A stretch of 64,000 nt of DNA from Octopus sinensis (GCF_006345805.1 NC_043012.1:48484001-48548000); one strand, 5' to 3'. Shown: positions 27,930 to 41,290, counted from the stretch's first letter. Program-made: numbers and translations. The notes: generated by a model from the sequence alone, not told the origin.

Positions 27930-28162
27930 GATAACACTTCCAATCAGTTAAGAGATAACACTTCCAATCAGTTAAGAGATAACACTTCCAATCAGTTAAG
28001 ATTATAACACTTCCAATCAGTTAAGAGATAACACTTCCAATCAGTTAAGAGATAACACTTCCAATCAGTTAAGAGATAACACTTCCAATCAGTTAAGAGA
28101 TAACACTTCCAATCAGTTAAGAGATAACACTTCCAATCAGTTAAGAGATAACACTTCCAATC
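27899..28162. repeat. 24-bp tandem array, 10 units plus a partial unit
   Basis: Same unit, same insertion and same variant position as the first array. Confidence 0.95.
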
Positions 28163-28163
28163 A

Positions 28164-28221
<58 letters not shown>

Positions 28222-28224
<3 letters not shown>

Positions 28225-28656
28225 TAGTTTTATTTTTATAGCGTGCTTTCACTTCACTACCGAGCACAGCTCTGTGTGCCTTGGGTATGTGCTGTGATTT
28301 GTTGTGATGCTCTGATGGTTATTGTATGGAAAGTGTTCTGCGTAGGATGTGTGCAGTGCCTAGTAGTGCAATTTTCTGTATGTTATATGTGTTTGTAAGT
28401 CCTGGTGTTTTTGTTATGTATTTGTCTGAATATTTTTTTATCATGCCTAATGCACCTACTATGATAGGAATTGTTTCTGTTTTCAGATTCCACATTCGAG
28501 TTACTTCTATTTCCAGGTCTTTGTATTTTGAGAGTTTCTCCATTTCTTTTAGAGACACGTTGTCATCTGCCGGTATTGATACATCAATTAGAAAGCATTT
28601 TTTTCTTCATGATCTCTGACAACTACATCTGGTCTGTTGGCCTTAATTTCTCTATC

Positions 28657-28657
<1 letters not shown>
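28222..28657 (-). mobile_element. 5'-truncated R4/Dong-clade RLE LINE inserted in (TAA)n
   Basis: The minus strand reads DREIKANRPDVVVRDHEEK/CFLIDVSIPADDNVSLKEMEKLSKYKDLEIEVTRMWNLKTETIPIIVGALG...LLGTAHILRRTLSIQ*, with one frameshift in an A-run. (ATT)n on both sides. Confidence 0.9.
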
Positions 28658-28707
<50 letters not shown>

Positions 28708-30551
28708 TATTATTATTATTATCATCATTATCATTATTATTATTATTATTGACAGAATCGGTAAAACTTCGGAGAATTTCAATTGCTATATTAGTATATT
28801 CGCTTTTTCATCTGACTCGAAATCTCTTTATAGTTTAGCTTTGACTCTCAATAAAATAAGCACCAGTTCAATACTCAAGTCCACTTAAACGAGTCTCCCT
28901 CTCTCTGAATCTTTGAACTTGTTCTGTTTAAGGATCGAATATCACATGGTGGTTGTCATCGGTACAGTTGTTCTCGTCTTCGTGTATTCGAAGGCTTCGA
29001 TGCACAAAGGCCTTTGCTCCGTGATGTGAGTGAACGGCTACCTTTGCGAATCGTTTCGACCTCATGCTCGGTCCGCCAAGAGTATTTTCTCTCGCCCATT
29101 TTTATGCATTAAATCTCGATCTGCTGCTGCAAAAAACTGAAACTGTTGAGAGACATCTCAATCAAACTAGAACGTAGAAAGTGCGTTTCACCTTATGCTG
29201 TAGATGTGAAGGGGTCGGATTCAATGGATGCCTCGGTAAACATATGGGGATGAGCAAAACCGTAACTTGCTCAAATCTGTTGATCTGCATGTTGGTACTA
29301 AGTGATGCAAATCCATGGCGTCGGCCAGAGTTGTAGGGCGATGGACAGACAGGGTGGGTAAGATGTTTAGGGTCTAGTTCAGTCCAGTCCTTCACGTGGA
29401 AAGAGACTGGGAATTGACTGAGAGAAAGCTATCGCTGAGAGACAGCCAAAGATGGAACACGTATTCATCGCTCTTATATGATGTTGCCTGACCGTCGTGC
29501 TTAGTCCCGAATTTTATCGAGCCAAAACATGGCACAGACATATGCAATTCTATTCCATTAGGGACCGAAATAACTAAGAGTCACGAGACTTAAATAAAAC
29601 ATTCCAAAATTCAGTTGATTACCTATTGTTGACAAAGATTCATGCAAACTAAACTATTGTCTTCATAATCTGTAAATATGTTCCAATCAAGATTTTCTCA
29701 TCTTTTATCTTCTCATCTGTGCACTACAAGCTGTGATGTTTTTAAGGCAGTAGGTTATGATTTGAGAAAGATTTAACTTTTTCTTTCCAGCAGGATAAGC
29801 GACCATGTAGAGTGCCTTCCTATGTATACGTTTATAATTGTTGTTTTTTTCTGATTGCATACACCTATGATGCAAGACATTCCAGCCTTGACTATTTCAT
29901 CATCTCAGACACATCTCAAACTGTACTAAGTTATCCAATTTCTTATATCTCTCTTATAAATACGGTATGGTAGGATTTTAGAGACAAGCTGCTTCTATTT
30001 CCAGCACGTTGAGTGATCTAGTTTCTATGGAAAATTAAAATAGAATTTCAAGATATGTCTAAATTGGTTTATATGAAATATTTCGCCCTTTAAAACTCTC
30101 TAAAAAAATTCTTCAAATAATGGAAAAGAGAGGTTGTTTTATATTATTGAAGGAATTATATGTTAAAACAGTTGAATTACTTGGGTATTATTGAATCTAA
30201 ATCGAAATAAATTCCGTAGGCTTTTCTATGCCGTGTTTATTTCTGTTTGCTTTCTCGTCTGTTTTTATATAACTTCTTCCAGCTTATGGCAAGATTTACC
30301 TATCTTATACATACAAGCATTCAAAATGTGTGTGTGCGTGTGTATGTGTGATTATGTGAATGTATGTTGTGTGTGTGTGTGTGTGTGTGCAGTATTTCTT
30401 TATACGCGTATATAAAATATAAAGAAATATAGTAATATGTTATATTAGAATATAAAATCACAAATTCTCATAAAAAGCATGTAGCACTTCACGACTTTAT
30501 TTGGCAATGCAGGAAACTCCCGATGGAGTAATACGTTTATATATATATATA

Positions 30552-30699
30552 TATAAACAACTTATAAATAAGGGCAAAAGAAAAAATTTCTTATGCCAAA
30601 TATGCCAAAACTAGACACATTGTCCATAACCATATTTGGTTAATGCCATATTTGGCATTAGAAATTTTTTCTTTTGCCCTTATTTATAAGTTGTTTATA
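30552..30699. mobile_element. ~150-bp foldback/MITE with ~53-bp near-perfect arms
   Basis: TATAAACAACTTATAAATAAGGGCAAAAGAAAAAATTTCTTATGCCAAATATG versus its reverse complement at 30647-30699, one mismatch; next to (TA)n. Confidence 0.85.
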
Positions 30700-30791
30700 A
30701 ATTTAACCTTTAAAGGTATTTTTTAATATGCTGGTCATTGATAAAAAGTTTTTCGAAAAATTTTATCCTATATTAGATGTATATATATATA

Positions 30792-31195
30792 TTGTTAAAG
30801 AAGACAACAATCGTTAAGGCAAGGCAAACATCTCAAGTCATATACATTGTTATTGGGGAAAAAATTGAGTCTTACAGCTGTTTCTGAGACACCCCAGTGT
30901 ATGAGATATTCCGTCGTCGGAGACAAATAGGGAAAATGAGAAGGGTATGGATTAATGAAATGGCGACATAGACGACAGGAGAAAGGGGAAAAGGAGATGA
31001 AGAAAGAGAAGAAAAAAGATGCATAAATGTTCACAGTTCAACTTTCCAATTGAGTAGAAGTAAGTCCGTACGTCTTTAGGTGCAATCATGCATAAATCCA
31101 TGTAGGATATTTACACTATCTGGACTTTAAACTTTTTCCCCGCCAATAATAATAATGTATATGACATGAGATGTTTGCCTTGCCTCTTTAATAAT
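30792..31195. mobile_element. ~400-bp element with ~50-bp inverted ends and an internal decayed hammerhead-like motif
   Basis: AGGCAAGGCAAACATCTCA.GTCATATACATT at 30817 is inverted at about 31134-31184. The minus strand at 30869-30924 reads GTCT-CCGACGA...GAAACAGCTGT-A-AGAC. Confidence 0.7.
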
Positions 31196-31889
31196 TATAT
31201 ACTCGTTATATCGGAAATCTGCAATGGCTCCATAACTACCGTCTCGACTACAACCTTGGAGACCAAAAAATCCGTTACAACACTTACCTAGCGTACCCAG
31301 TCGTTTAGATCACCTGTGAATTAAATCCCATATTTTGTATGTGTATGTGTGTGTATGTGTGTGTGAGTGTGTGTATGGCTAAAAAATGATATAAAAAAGC
31401 AAAATACAGAGACAGGTGAGGGTGCAAGAAACAAGATGTGTTACTTTCATGCGCAAGAAAAATGAAAGAAGACTGCCGTTTCGCGCCTGCGCTCTTCTTA
31501 AGAAAGGAATAAGGAAAGAAAACAGGTGGAGAGGGAAAAATGAAGAGGAAAATTCGTGTCTGGATTAGCGGTTGCACATATTGAATTGACCGGAAAGAAG
31601 TGAGTAATTGGAGACGTGGGTAGTAAGGAAGACAACTGACTTGACTACTGTGTGTGCCCTAGTATGTGTGCAAGGAAAATGTGTGAGAGTGTGCATGTAT
31701 ATGCTGTAGGGGCATAATAGTGTATTTGGTGTGGCTAATGAGTTAAACGATGTAGAGGTGTATGGGTGGCTGATACTTATTTTATTAGTGTCTTTCACTG
31801 AACCGCTAAGTGGAAGGGAAGTAAACAGACCAGCATTTGTTGCCAAGTGGTGGTGGGTTAGACAAACGCATATTCACACACATATATAC

Positions 31890-32010
31890 AGTAGAGGCTT
31901 CCATATAGTTTCCGTCAAGCAAATCCACTGGCTATACATTACGGGCTTGAAACTATAGCAGAAAACACTTGTTCAGGGTGCAGCACAATGGGATTGAACT
32001 CGAAATCTGC
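31890..32010 (-). mobile_element. SINE family B head, decayed
   Basis: TTTCCGTC...AAATCCACT...CTATAGCAGAAAACACTTG matches the reverse complement of family B. Confidence 0.6.
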
Positions 32011-32116
32011 ACCTATAAAAATTAATTACGTAAGTCTCCTCTTGTGTCGAGTTTTGAGATATGAATTCAATTTAACAAATATTTTTTACGTAGAGTACTT
32101 ATTTTAAGTCATGACC

Positions 32117-32283
32117 AGGAGTGGCCGTGTGGTAAGTAGCTTGCTACCAACCACATGGTTCCGGGTCCAGTCCCACTGCGTGGTACATTGGGCAAGTGTC
32201 TTCTACTATAGCCTCGGGCCAGACAAATCCTTGTGAGTGGATTTGGTAGACGGAAACTGAAAGAAGCCCGTCGTATATATGTG

Positions 32284-32316
<33 letters not shown>

Positions 32317-32505
32317 TTGTCCATCCCAACATTGAAAACCGATGCTGGTGTGTCTACGTCCTTGTAACTTAACGGTTCGGCAAAAGAGGCCGATAGAATA
32401 AGTACTGGACTTACAAAGAATAAGTCCTGGGTCGATTTACTCGACTAAAGGCTATACTCCAGCATGGCCGCAGTGAAATGACGGAAACAAGTAAAAGAGT
32501 AAAAG
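32117..32505 (+). mobile_element. SINE family B, full length
   Basis: Colinear with 13269-13685 including the GTAAAAGAGTAAAAG tail. Confidence 0.87.
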
Positions 32506-33125
32506 GGAATATAACTCAAGAGTTTACAGAAAAAAATGCTCTATTTTAAGTTTACATTCACCTGAGTTTGTTGTGTATTGTTTATGATGTACTTTTTGCT
32601 TTTGATGAAGATTTGCGTTCGATGCTACGACAAATATGGCCAAAAGTTCTGCGATGATGTCTGTATGAACTGAGGAAATTTCATATTACCAAAACTAGTA
32701 AGTGTCTTGTTATAGATGCAGCTGTATTTATGCTGTGTAGAGGATTATACCATATGATTTTTTTATTTGCCCCTTTAGCAATTTTAATATAGTTTGTTCT
32801 GAAAATGTTACTTTACCTCGAATCTATTTTATGCTTAGTCTCTGGCTTCGTATAGAACAACATTATTGAATATTCCTTTATCTGAGCTGGGGTTTTTTTT
32901 TTATAATTGTAGGCGGGTAGATGGAGTCTTTATTTTTATGCTATGTATAGTGTTACTTCATGTAGCATGCGACGTGGGTAGCAACAAAAATAGAATCCAG
33001 TTTCTATTTACACTATGCACAACACAACATCATGATGTATTGAGTACTCACATCCTCTTTCGTTGATAACCACAAGCATTTTAATATATACACACACATA
33101 TATATATATAAACATAGATGTATAA

Positions 33126-33161
<36 letters not shown>

Positions 33162-33271
33162 ATATATATATATACAGAGAGAAGAGAGAGTAGAGATATA
33201 GGCGTTAGCGAAGTGTACATGCTAATAATGGTTGCATATATGTGAGTGTGCGTGCGTGCGCGCGCGCGTCG

Positions 33272-33311
<40 letters not shown>

Positions 33312-33516
33312 TATATATATATATACTTATATATATATATATAATAACATATACATATACATATACATATGCATACATGCGTACATATATATAAGCATAA
33401 ACACATATGTACGTATCCTGATAGGTACGGAGATTTGTGTGTGTATGTATGCACACGCACAAAAAGCGTGGTGCGTAGTGCGTGGGCATTTAGAGAAGAA
33501 ATTATCTAACAGAGAG

Positions 33517-33558
<42 letters not shown>

Positions 33559-33983
33559 CAGGCATAGAGTGAGTGAGTGAGATATATATAGAGAGAGAAT
33601 AGAAAAAATAAAGAGTACATTGTATAAAAATATATGTATGAGGGGGATATTAAAACCTATATCCACGGTATTCCCTACAGACTCCTTCGTATCTCAAATG
33701 GACACTCCCTACTTATAACATAGCCAAATAGCAAGATTAGGTTATTAAACGCAAATGATTGGTCGACTACACAGCAGATGTATTCCAGCTACGTATCGGG
33801 ATACTCTTGGGCACATACTAATTCCAGCGCTCTGCTGTCTTCACTAGACGCCAGAAGATTATTTATCACCATTCCAATACTTACAAGTATTAATCTTCTA
33901 GCTATTTTTTTGACGTTCCCATACGAATCTATAACTATGCAGATACATATAAAGATATGATATATATTTAGATATGCTATATG

Positions 33984-34022
<39 letters not shown>

Positions 34023-34350
34023 GATATCAACAAATGCATACAGATATACATATATATTTGTGTTTATATGTGCGCATAAATACACGTGTGTGTATGTGTG
34101 TGTGTGTGTTGTGTGTGTGTGTGTGCGCGCGAGTGTGTGTGTATGGGTGTATCATTGTGAATGTATGTTTATGCATACGGATGATAGCGAATTATATGCA
34201 TAGTACTGTTATGCTGCCTTTTACTTTTTTTAATGTCTGTTCGTTGTAGATAATCCACAATATCTATTTCTACATGAATACTTATGTCTGTTGAGCTGCA
34301 TGATTATTCTTTCCGAAAATATTGCAATACTTACAGAAAAATGGATTATA

Positions 34351-34402
<52 letters not shown>

Positions 34403-34541
34403 ATCTATACGTATATTCGCATGTGTGTGTATGAATCTGTTTATCTTCATTATTATTATATTATTATTATTATTATTATTATCATATTATTATTGTTATT
34501 ATAGTATATTATTATTATTATTATTAGTATTATATTAGTAT

Positions 34542-34576
<35 letters not shown>

Positions 34577-35460
34577 TCATCGTCGTCGTCATCATCATCA
34601 TCATCATAATCATTATTATTATATTCATTACTATTAGTATTGTTATTATTATTATTATTATTATTGTTACTGGTTTTAAAATCTGGAGGAAAATGTAGAG
34701 GCCATGACCTTTCCAAAACCGATGGACTTACACCTTTAACGTTTCGCTTAAACTTCAGTAAGTCAAGAATTGCTATAAACAAATGACAGGAAAGAAGGAA
34801 AGAAGGAAGGAAGGGACGAACGAACGAACGAACGGCTTAGCAGTAGTTGTTCCGTGGCCAGGTTGACTGGACACTAAATTAGAGAGAAAAAGAAATAGAG
34901 CCTCCTGTGTCGAGAGTTCCAGAATAGAGGAGATACGATTCCAGCAACCAGCACATCCCAGTGGATATTACCGTAATTGAATGAAAGCCAAAGAGAGAGA
35001 ACGGATTTTAAATGAACCAGAGTTTAGAGCACCTCTGCGAGTGACTTAACACCAATCGTTTGTGTGACATTTTGCTGGATGAGGTCTTAAATGTTTTCCA
35101 GTGTCTAGCAGCAACACTGTCAAATTTTAGAAGGAGTACTCACAGCCCTGACTTTTGAAGGCAGATGGTAGATGTTGGCGGATGAACTATTTCTTGGCTC
35201 GGAAGAAAATCGCAAGTTTTCAGGTGTAGTCATAGTTCTTTTAAGAATAGTCCTTCACCAAGAAACATTCTCCGTTATAATGAGGCCTGGAAGCATTGAA
35301 AACAATAATGAGAAGTCAAGTTTTAAGTGGAACAACCACTATGTTGTATTTTTTTATGTTCCTACCACGGACTGCTCGAAGCTTTCTAACTTCCTACATT
35401 TAGATACTCAGATCTAATTACACACACACACACATGCACACACAAACACACACACACATA

Positions 35461-35775
35461 TCACATATAAAATCCGTTCTGTCTGTCTGTGTGTGTGTGG
35501 CTTCTAGGATCTCGGGCATCCTCCTTCTGATTGCACTCAAATTTGATATGTAGATACCGACGGTATCAGGGCGTGTATAAGTCTTGAAAAAATTACAAAA
35601 ATCGATTCCAGGTGAGAAAGCCGTGGGAAATCGTTTTTCTTTGGAATAGAAAAAAAGTCTATCTTTATTTCTTCTTTTGCTGGTGCCTCAAATTTAGGTT
35701 AAATCAGTGTTTCTCAAAGGGGAGGCCTATGGGACGGTCGGACACGTTGTTTTGAGAAAATCTGGTTTAAATGTT
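35461..35775 (+). mobile_element. Helentron/DINE-1-like non-autonomous element
   Basis: Starts ATATAAAATCCGTTCTGTCTGTCTGTGTG followed by GATTGCACTCAAATTTG, the layout typical of HINE/DINE-like elements. The 3' boundary is unclear. Confidence 0.45.
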
Positions 35776-36517
35776 TGACAACTCAGTACTGTCCATTGGA
35801 CGGAGGACGTTTTGCTCGTATGTTCTATATACACAAAGTATATCTGATATATATAAAATGTAGAAGCACACACTATCAGAGGTACTCACATAAATTAACG
35901 CATAAGCTTTTATTCCATAAACATTATCAGTATTTTTGCATAATATAATGAACAATTCTGGATCGCAAATTAATTGAGAACTCACTTTATGGAATTGATT
36001 GTGCGCCTTTCATTAATACTAATTATTACTAGGTTAACTAGATTTCAATGAAACATGCAAGTGGTTTAACAGTAGTACCGAGCAGTAACCTCAACAAATC
36101 AAAACATATTTCACTTATGTATTTTCTCAAATACCTAATATATTTAACATTTCTAATTTGTTTTCCCATATTTTTGTTTTTCATTCGTTACTGACACAGT
36201 AAAATATCTTATGTCGCATCGATGTAAGCAATCTGATGCAAATACATTTATAGCTAGACATTCATGTTGCATAGATTTTGAAAGATATTGGACATGAATG
36301 GATGAATGCATGATTGTGTGGCCAAGAATAGTCGCAAGCAGGATTAAGATTAAGAAATTTGTGTCGCAACCACCTGTCCCAAGTGTTGATTCTAGCGTGC
36401 GGCGTATTAGGTAAGGGATTTCTCATCCAGATTTTATTGACTACTGTCCTGTAAATGATTTTGATTGACAAATTGAAACTGTATAGAAGTTCCTTGTGTG
36501 TGTATGTGTGTGTGTGC

Positions 36518-36563
<46 letters not shown>

Positions 36564-36707
36564 GTGTGTGTGTCTGCGTGTGTGTATGTATGTATGTATA
36601 AAGAGGATGAAAACACGACTGGTAGATAGAAAAAAAGAAAGATATGATAACCTTGATATACGTGGTTGTGTGTGTGTGTATGTGTGTGTGTGTGTGTATG
36701 TATGTGT

Positions 36708-36743
<36 letters not shown>

Positions 36744-37035
36744 CATATGTGTTGATATATATAAAGGAAAATAGGACAAGTTAGAAAATGCTAAAATAAT
36801 TTTATCATGAAATACATTTTGTAATGGTTAGTACCGGGTTCTGCCTTTTCGACTTTTTCAACTAAGTGTAAAAGAAAGATGGATATCAATTAAGAAGAAA
36901 ACAATGAAATTGATGAAAAAATTAAATGATTTGTTTTGTAAATATTTCCATAGTCTTAAATAGGTGGGACATTCTCCTTTTTCTGTCTTTCTGTCTGTCT
37001 GTCTCTGTCTCTGTCTGTCTCTCTGTCTCTCTCTA

Positions 37036-37071
<36 letters not shown>

Positions 37072-37451
37072 CTTATGAACCTTCACAAAGTAAAAAAGAC
37101 AAAGATACAGAAAAAAGCAGAATGTCTCGCCTATTTGAAGACTATGGAAAAATTTACAAAACATTTCGTTTAATTTTTTCAACGATTTAATTCCTTTTCT
37201 TCTTAATTAATATCCACCTTTGTTTTAATCTTAGTTGAAAAAGTCGAAAAGTCAGAAACCGGTACAAAACATTACAAAATATATATCATGATTAAATTAT
37301 TTTAGCATTTTGTACTTTGTCTTATTTTCCATATATATATATATATATATATCTGTGCGTGGGTGTGTATGTATATATGTATATGTATGTGTGTACATAT
37401 ATATGTATATATATATATATGTATGTATATACATATATATATATATATGTA

Positions 37452-37537
<86 letters not shown>

Positions 37538-38699
37538 CATATATGCACAGACGTATATATGTGTATGTGCGTTCAATACTCGTTTCATGTTTAGCAATAC
37601 CGTATTGAGTCCAAAACCGTAATTCAGCAATGCAACAAATTAAATTTTAGACTCAAATATTTGGAACATGATGTGATAGATCAAACCCCCTTGAAGGCAT
37701 AATTTTAGCATATTCGCAACCCACTTACTCAAGCCATAAAAGAAGATTTCAGTTCTACTGACTGTGGCCTTTAGTCTTTCATACATTGCACCTCACATTG
37801 GTCCATCTATGCTTTTGTAAGTTTGTTTGCCTCTGATCATGTGTTTTCTTTACTTTGTGCGGTTTCCGTGGCGAAGTAGCTTTTTTGTCTTTTTTTTTTC
37901 ATAAGATATTCTTAGCTTCTATCTTATTTTACTCGGGCATGGGACAGGCAGACACCCTAATCTGATTTGCTACAATCAGCTAAGGTTATCAAAGAAAGAA
38001 ACAAACAAAGAAACAAAGAAACAAAGAAGGAAGGAAGGAAGGAAGGAACCACCCAATCAGCCAACCAACCAAACAAACAAAAGTATTTATGCAACGATGG
38101 ATTACAGGCTTTGGTGCTATTTTGTGACGTCCATTCACATTCTGGGTTGAAATTCTGCAGAGATCAGTTTCTAGTCAGTGGGATCGGATCAATCGATTAC
38201 TCCCACGCACTACATTTTGTACTCGTGTGCTAAATTATTATAGCAGTTATTAGGGCGATCAGAATAGGAAATGGCAAATATTTTTTTGCAATATTCAGTG
38301 GCGTCCCACTTCCGTTTGCTTTCAAATCACTTTTGGGCTAAATTTACTTTTATCCATTAACCGGGATTCAGAAAACAAAACAAAAAAAAAGGCGATTCTA
38401 ATAACAACGCACTTCGCACCAAAATTTCCACCCAAATAGGAATAATTTATTATGCAGTTAAAAATCCTTGAAATGCCTAGGAGGAAAACTGCGTAATTTT
38501 CTTAGTTTTTTTTTTGTTTTTTTGCGTTGGTTTCAATCATTGGACAGTAGGCGTGACGGGACATCGCTTTCAAGAGTTTGTAGTCGATTATGTTGACCAA
38601 AGTACTTCTATTGTACTTTTTAACAGTTCTGTGAAAATACAAAGTTAACATTGGTGTGAAGGAAGATAATTCAATCGGTCATGAATACTGCACGGTATC

Positions 38700-39300
38700 T
38701 TGTATGTATGTATGTATGTGTGTATTTGGTAGGTAGGTAGATAGGTAGGTAGGTAGGTAGGTAGGTCGGTATGAAAACAATTTTGTAGGTAAGTAGGAAG
38801 GTAGGTAAGTTGGGGGTAGGTAGGTAGGTAAGTAGGTAGGTAGTTAGGTAGGTAGGTAGGTAGGTAGGTAGGTAGGTAGGTAGGCAGGCAGGCAGGTAGG
38901 TAGGTAGGTAAGTAGGTAGGTAGGTCGGTATGAAAACAATTTTGTAGGTAAGTAGGAAGGTAGGTAAGTTGGGGGTAGGTAGGTAGGTAAGTAGGTAGGT
39001 AGGTAGGTAGGTCGGTATGAAAACAATTTTGTAGGTAAGTAGGAAGGTAGGTAAGTTGGGGGTAGGTAGGTAGGTAAGTAGGTAGGTAGGTAGGTAGGTC
39101 GGTATGAAAACAATTTTGTAGGTAAGTAGGTAGGTAGGTAGGTAAGTTGGGGGTAGGTAGGTAGGTAAGTAGGTAGGTAGTTAGGTAGGTAGGTAGGTAG
39201 GTAGGTAGGTAGGTAGGTAGGTAGGTTGGTAGGTAGGTAGGTGGGTAGGTAGGTACGTAGGTACGTAGGTAGATAGGTAGGCAGGCAACCAGGCTGGTTG
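38700..39300. repeat. (GGTA)n microsatellite with an 87-bp higher-order unit
   Basis: GTCGGTATGAAAACAATTTTGTAGG at 38765, 38924, 39011 and 39098. Confidence 0.9.
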
Positions 39301-40409
39301 GTAAGTAAGCAGGGGGAGCAATATAGCTGAATGTTTAAGAAATTTTCTTCACAAGCTTGAAGTCTTGCGGTCGATTCCAGTCCATGGTTTCTTAGGTAAA
39401 TGTTACTTCCTACATCTCCTGGGTTAACAAATCATCTGAGTGATGCTGGGTAGACGGAAACTGCATCGAAGCCTATCAGGTGGATTGCACCTGTAGGTGA
39501 AATAGTACCGTCATCTCACGTACACCGCCTCACGCTGTTTTTGACAAAGAAATAAATTACAGGTCGACGTGTTGGTGCAACGCTCGGCCATTGACACGTT
39601 GATTGAGGATCAAGTTATTCAGCTGAATGAACAACTTAATTCCCGCACCGAGCGACGGAGATCCACTACCACTACCGTAACGCGTAAAAACACACGTGTG
39701 GAAAGCATCAATATCATGGTTAGGATCACCAGTGTAGATAGGGGTAGGTATTTTGCGATGAGCGATACTTATTGGGAATTTCGACTCGTGGATATAATAG
39801 ATGTCACATAAATTGCCAGACAAAGGATAGGATTCGTGAGCACGTATTTACAAAAACAAACTAGTTACCATGATTGTTATGACTACGTTAGTAATCTATA
39901 AATGACTAACAAACAATATTATTGTATATAAACAAGATTAAACAAGAACGAATCTCGTTAGTCGAAGTGGAAGCAATAAAAACGACTTATTCTATTCACT
40001 GTATTAATTCACTTAGAATAAATTTTATAGTATTATAAATGAAATATTTTTCATTTCAGTATATATAGTACTAAGGTAAATAATCAACAGATGAAATCCA
40101 GAGAATCTTAGTACAGACACTATTTACAGGGGATCAGTTCCATTGGGTAAAGGATGGTTAAAAGAGAGATTAAAGTGGGCAGAATTTGGGGCAATTGTGC
40201 AAATAAGCAAATATTAAATAAACACTTTGGCTATGAACAGCAAAACATGTATATATGCATACATAGAAAACAAGAGAAATCGGAAAATGGAGACTTCCAG
40301 ACGACGAATACTTAACTATAGATATATAGATATTTATATTAATGGATCCAACTTAAAGAAAGTACGAACGACAGAGAAAATAAAAGGGTTGGGGGAGAAA
40401 GGGGTTATA

Positions 40410-41290
40410 AATCCAACAGCTGTTTCTAGGGACGTAGCTGTTTCTGTAGCTCATTACAATATGCAGCTGTAATGGAAGCAATCAACACTGGATAAATCGA
40501 GCCTCTCTTATCAAAGTAGAAATGATCGTACATCATAATGCAGAGACGGTCAAAGGTGAAATGATTAAATGTGGAGAGTTAGCCGTATGAGAGGAAGGAA
40601 ATACAAGCGTCGGTGGGGTTACGGCGAGGGTTAACACAAGGAATGGGGATAGGAGATAGAAGAGCTAGTGCAGAAATGTGGGGGCGTTGATAATGAGGGT
40701 ATTAAGGGAGGTGATAGTAGAAGTGACGAGTTGGGAGGTGAATGGTAGGGTGAGATAGATAGTAAATGAAGGGTGGTCATTTGTTGTTGGGTCTGTGTAT
40801 CGGTGTCGAATTAGTGAAAGTTGAAATAGTGGGGGAAATGAGGGCAATTGTTTGAGAGAAGGAAAGTGTCTAATTCGGCGGCGAAGGGAGATTACTAAGT
40901 TATGTTGAAAGATATGAGAAAAGGTAGGTGGACAGAGTCGAGAGTGCGTCGTGAACAATGTAGCAGTGGTTAGTATGATAATGAAGGTAGGATGGTGGTG
41001 GAGGGGGAGTACTAAGGTATGCAGAGGTGTATGAAATTGAATAGGGGGAAAGTAAATAGAAAGGGAGGAAGAGGTTGATAGGATAGTAGCTCATTGAGCG
41101 GAATAGTTTTAAATGCTTTTGGTTCAAGAGAGAATGGGGAAAGAATACCACTTGTGAGAATTGGAAGGTTGTACCAGAGGTGGGATGCGGTGGTTAAGAG
41201 GACCTTGCAAAGATAATCATGGAAAAAGAATAATTTAGTCAGGAGGGTGATATTAGCAGAAGGGTAAGTTGCTAGGCCGACTTGGTTGTA
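40410..41290 (-). pseudogene. Decayed PLE N-terminal region
   Basis: C/T-rich minus strand like the 53-56 kb PLE. IPCVNPRRNPTDACISFLSYG resembles the pre-RT VNLS...LLSKGLNF motif. GAAACAGCTGT near 40415. Confidence 0.4.

Noticed and set aside
27074-28162. 24-bp repeat arrays as a CRISPR
   Set aside because: There are no spacers, the context is eukaryotic, there are no cas genes, and the unit derives from the adjacent element.
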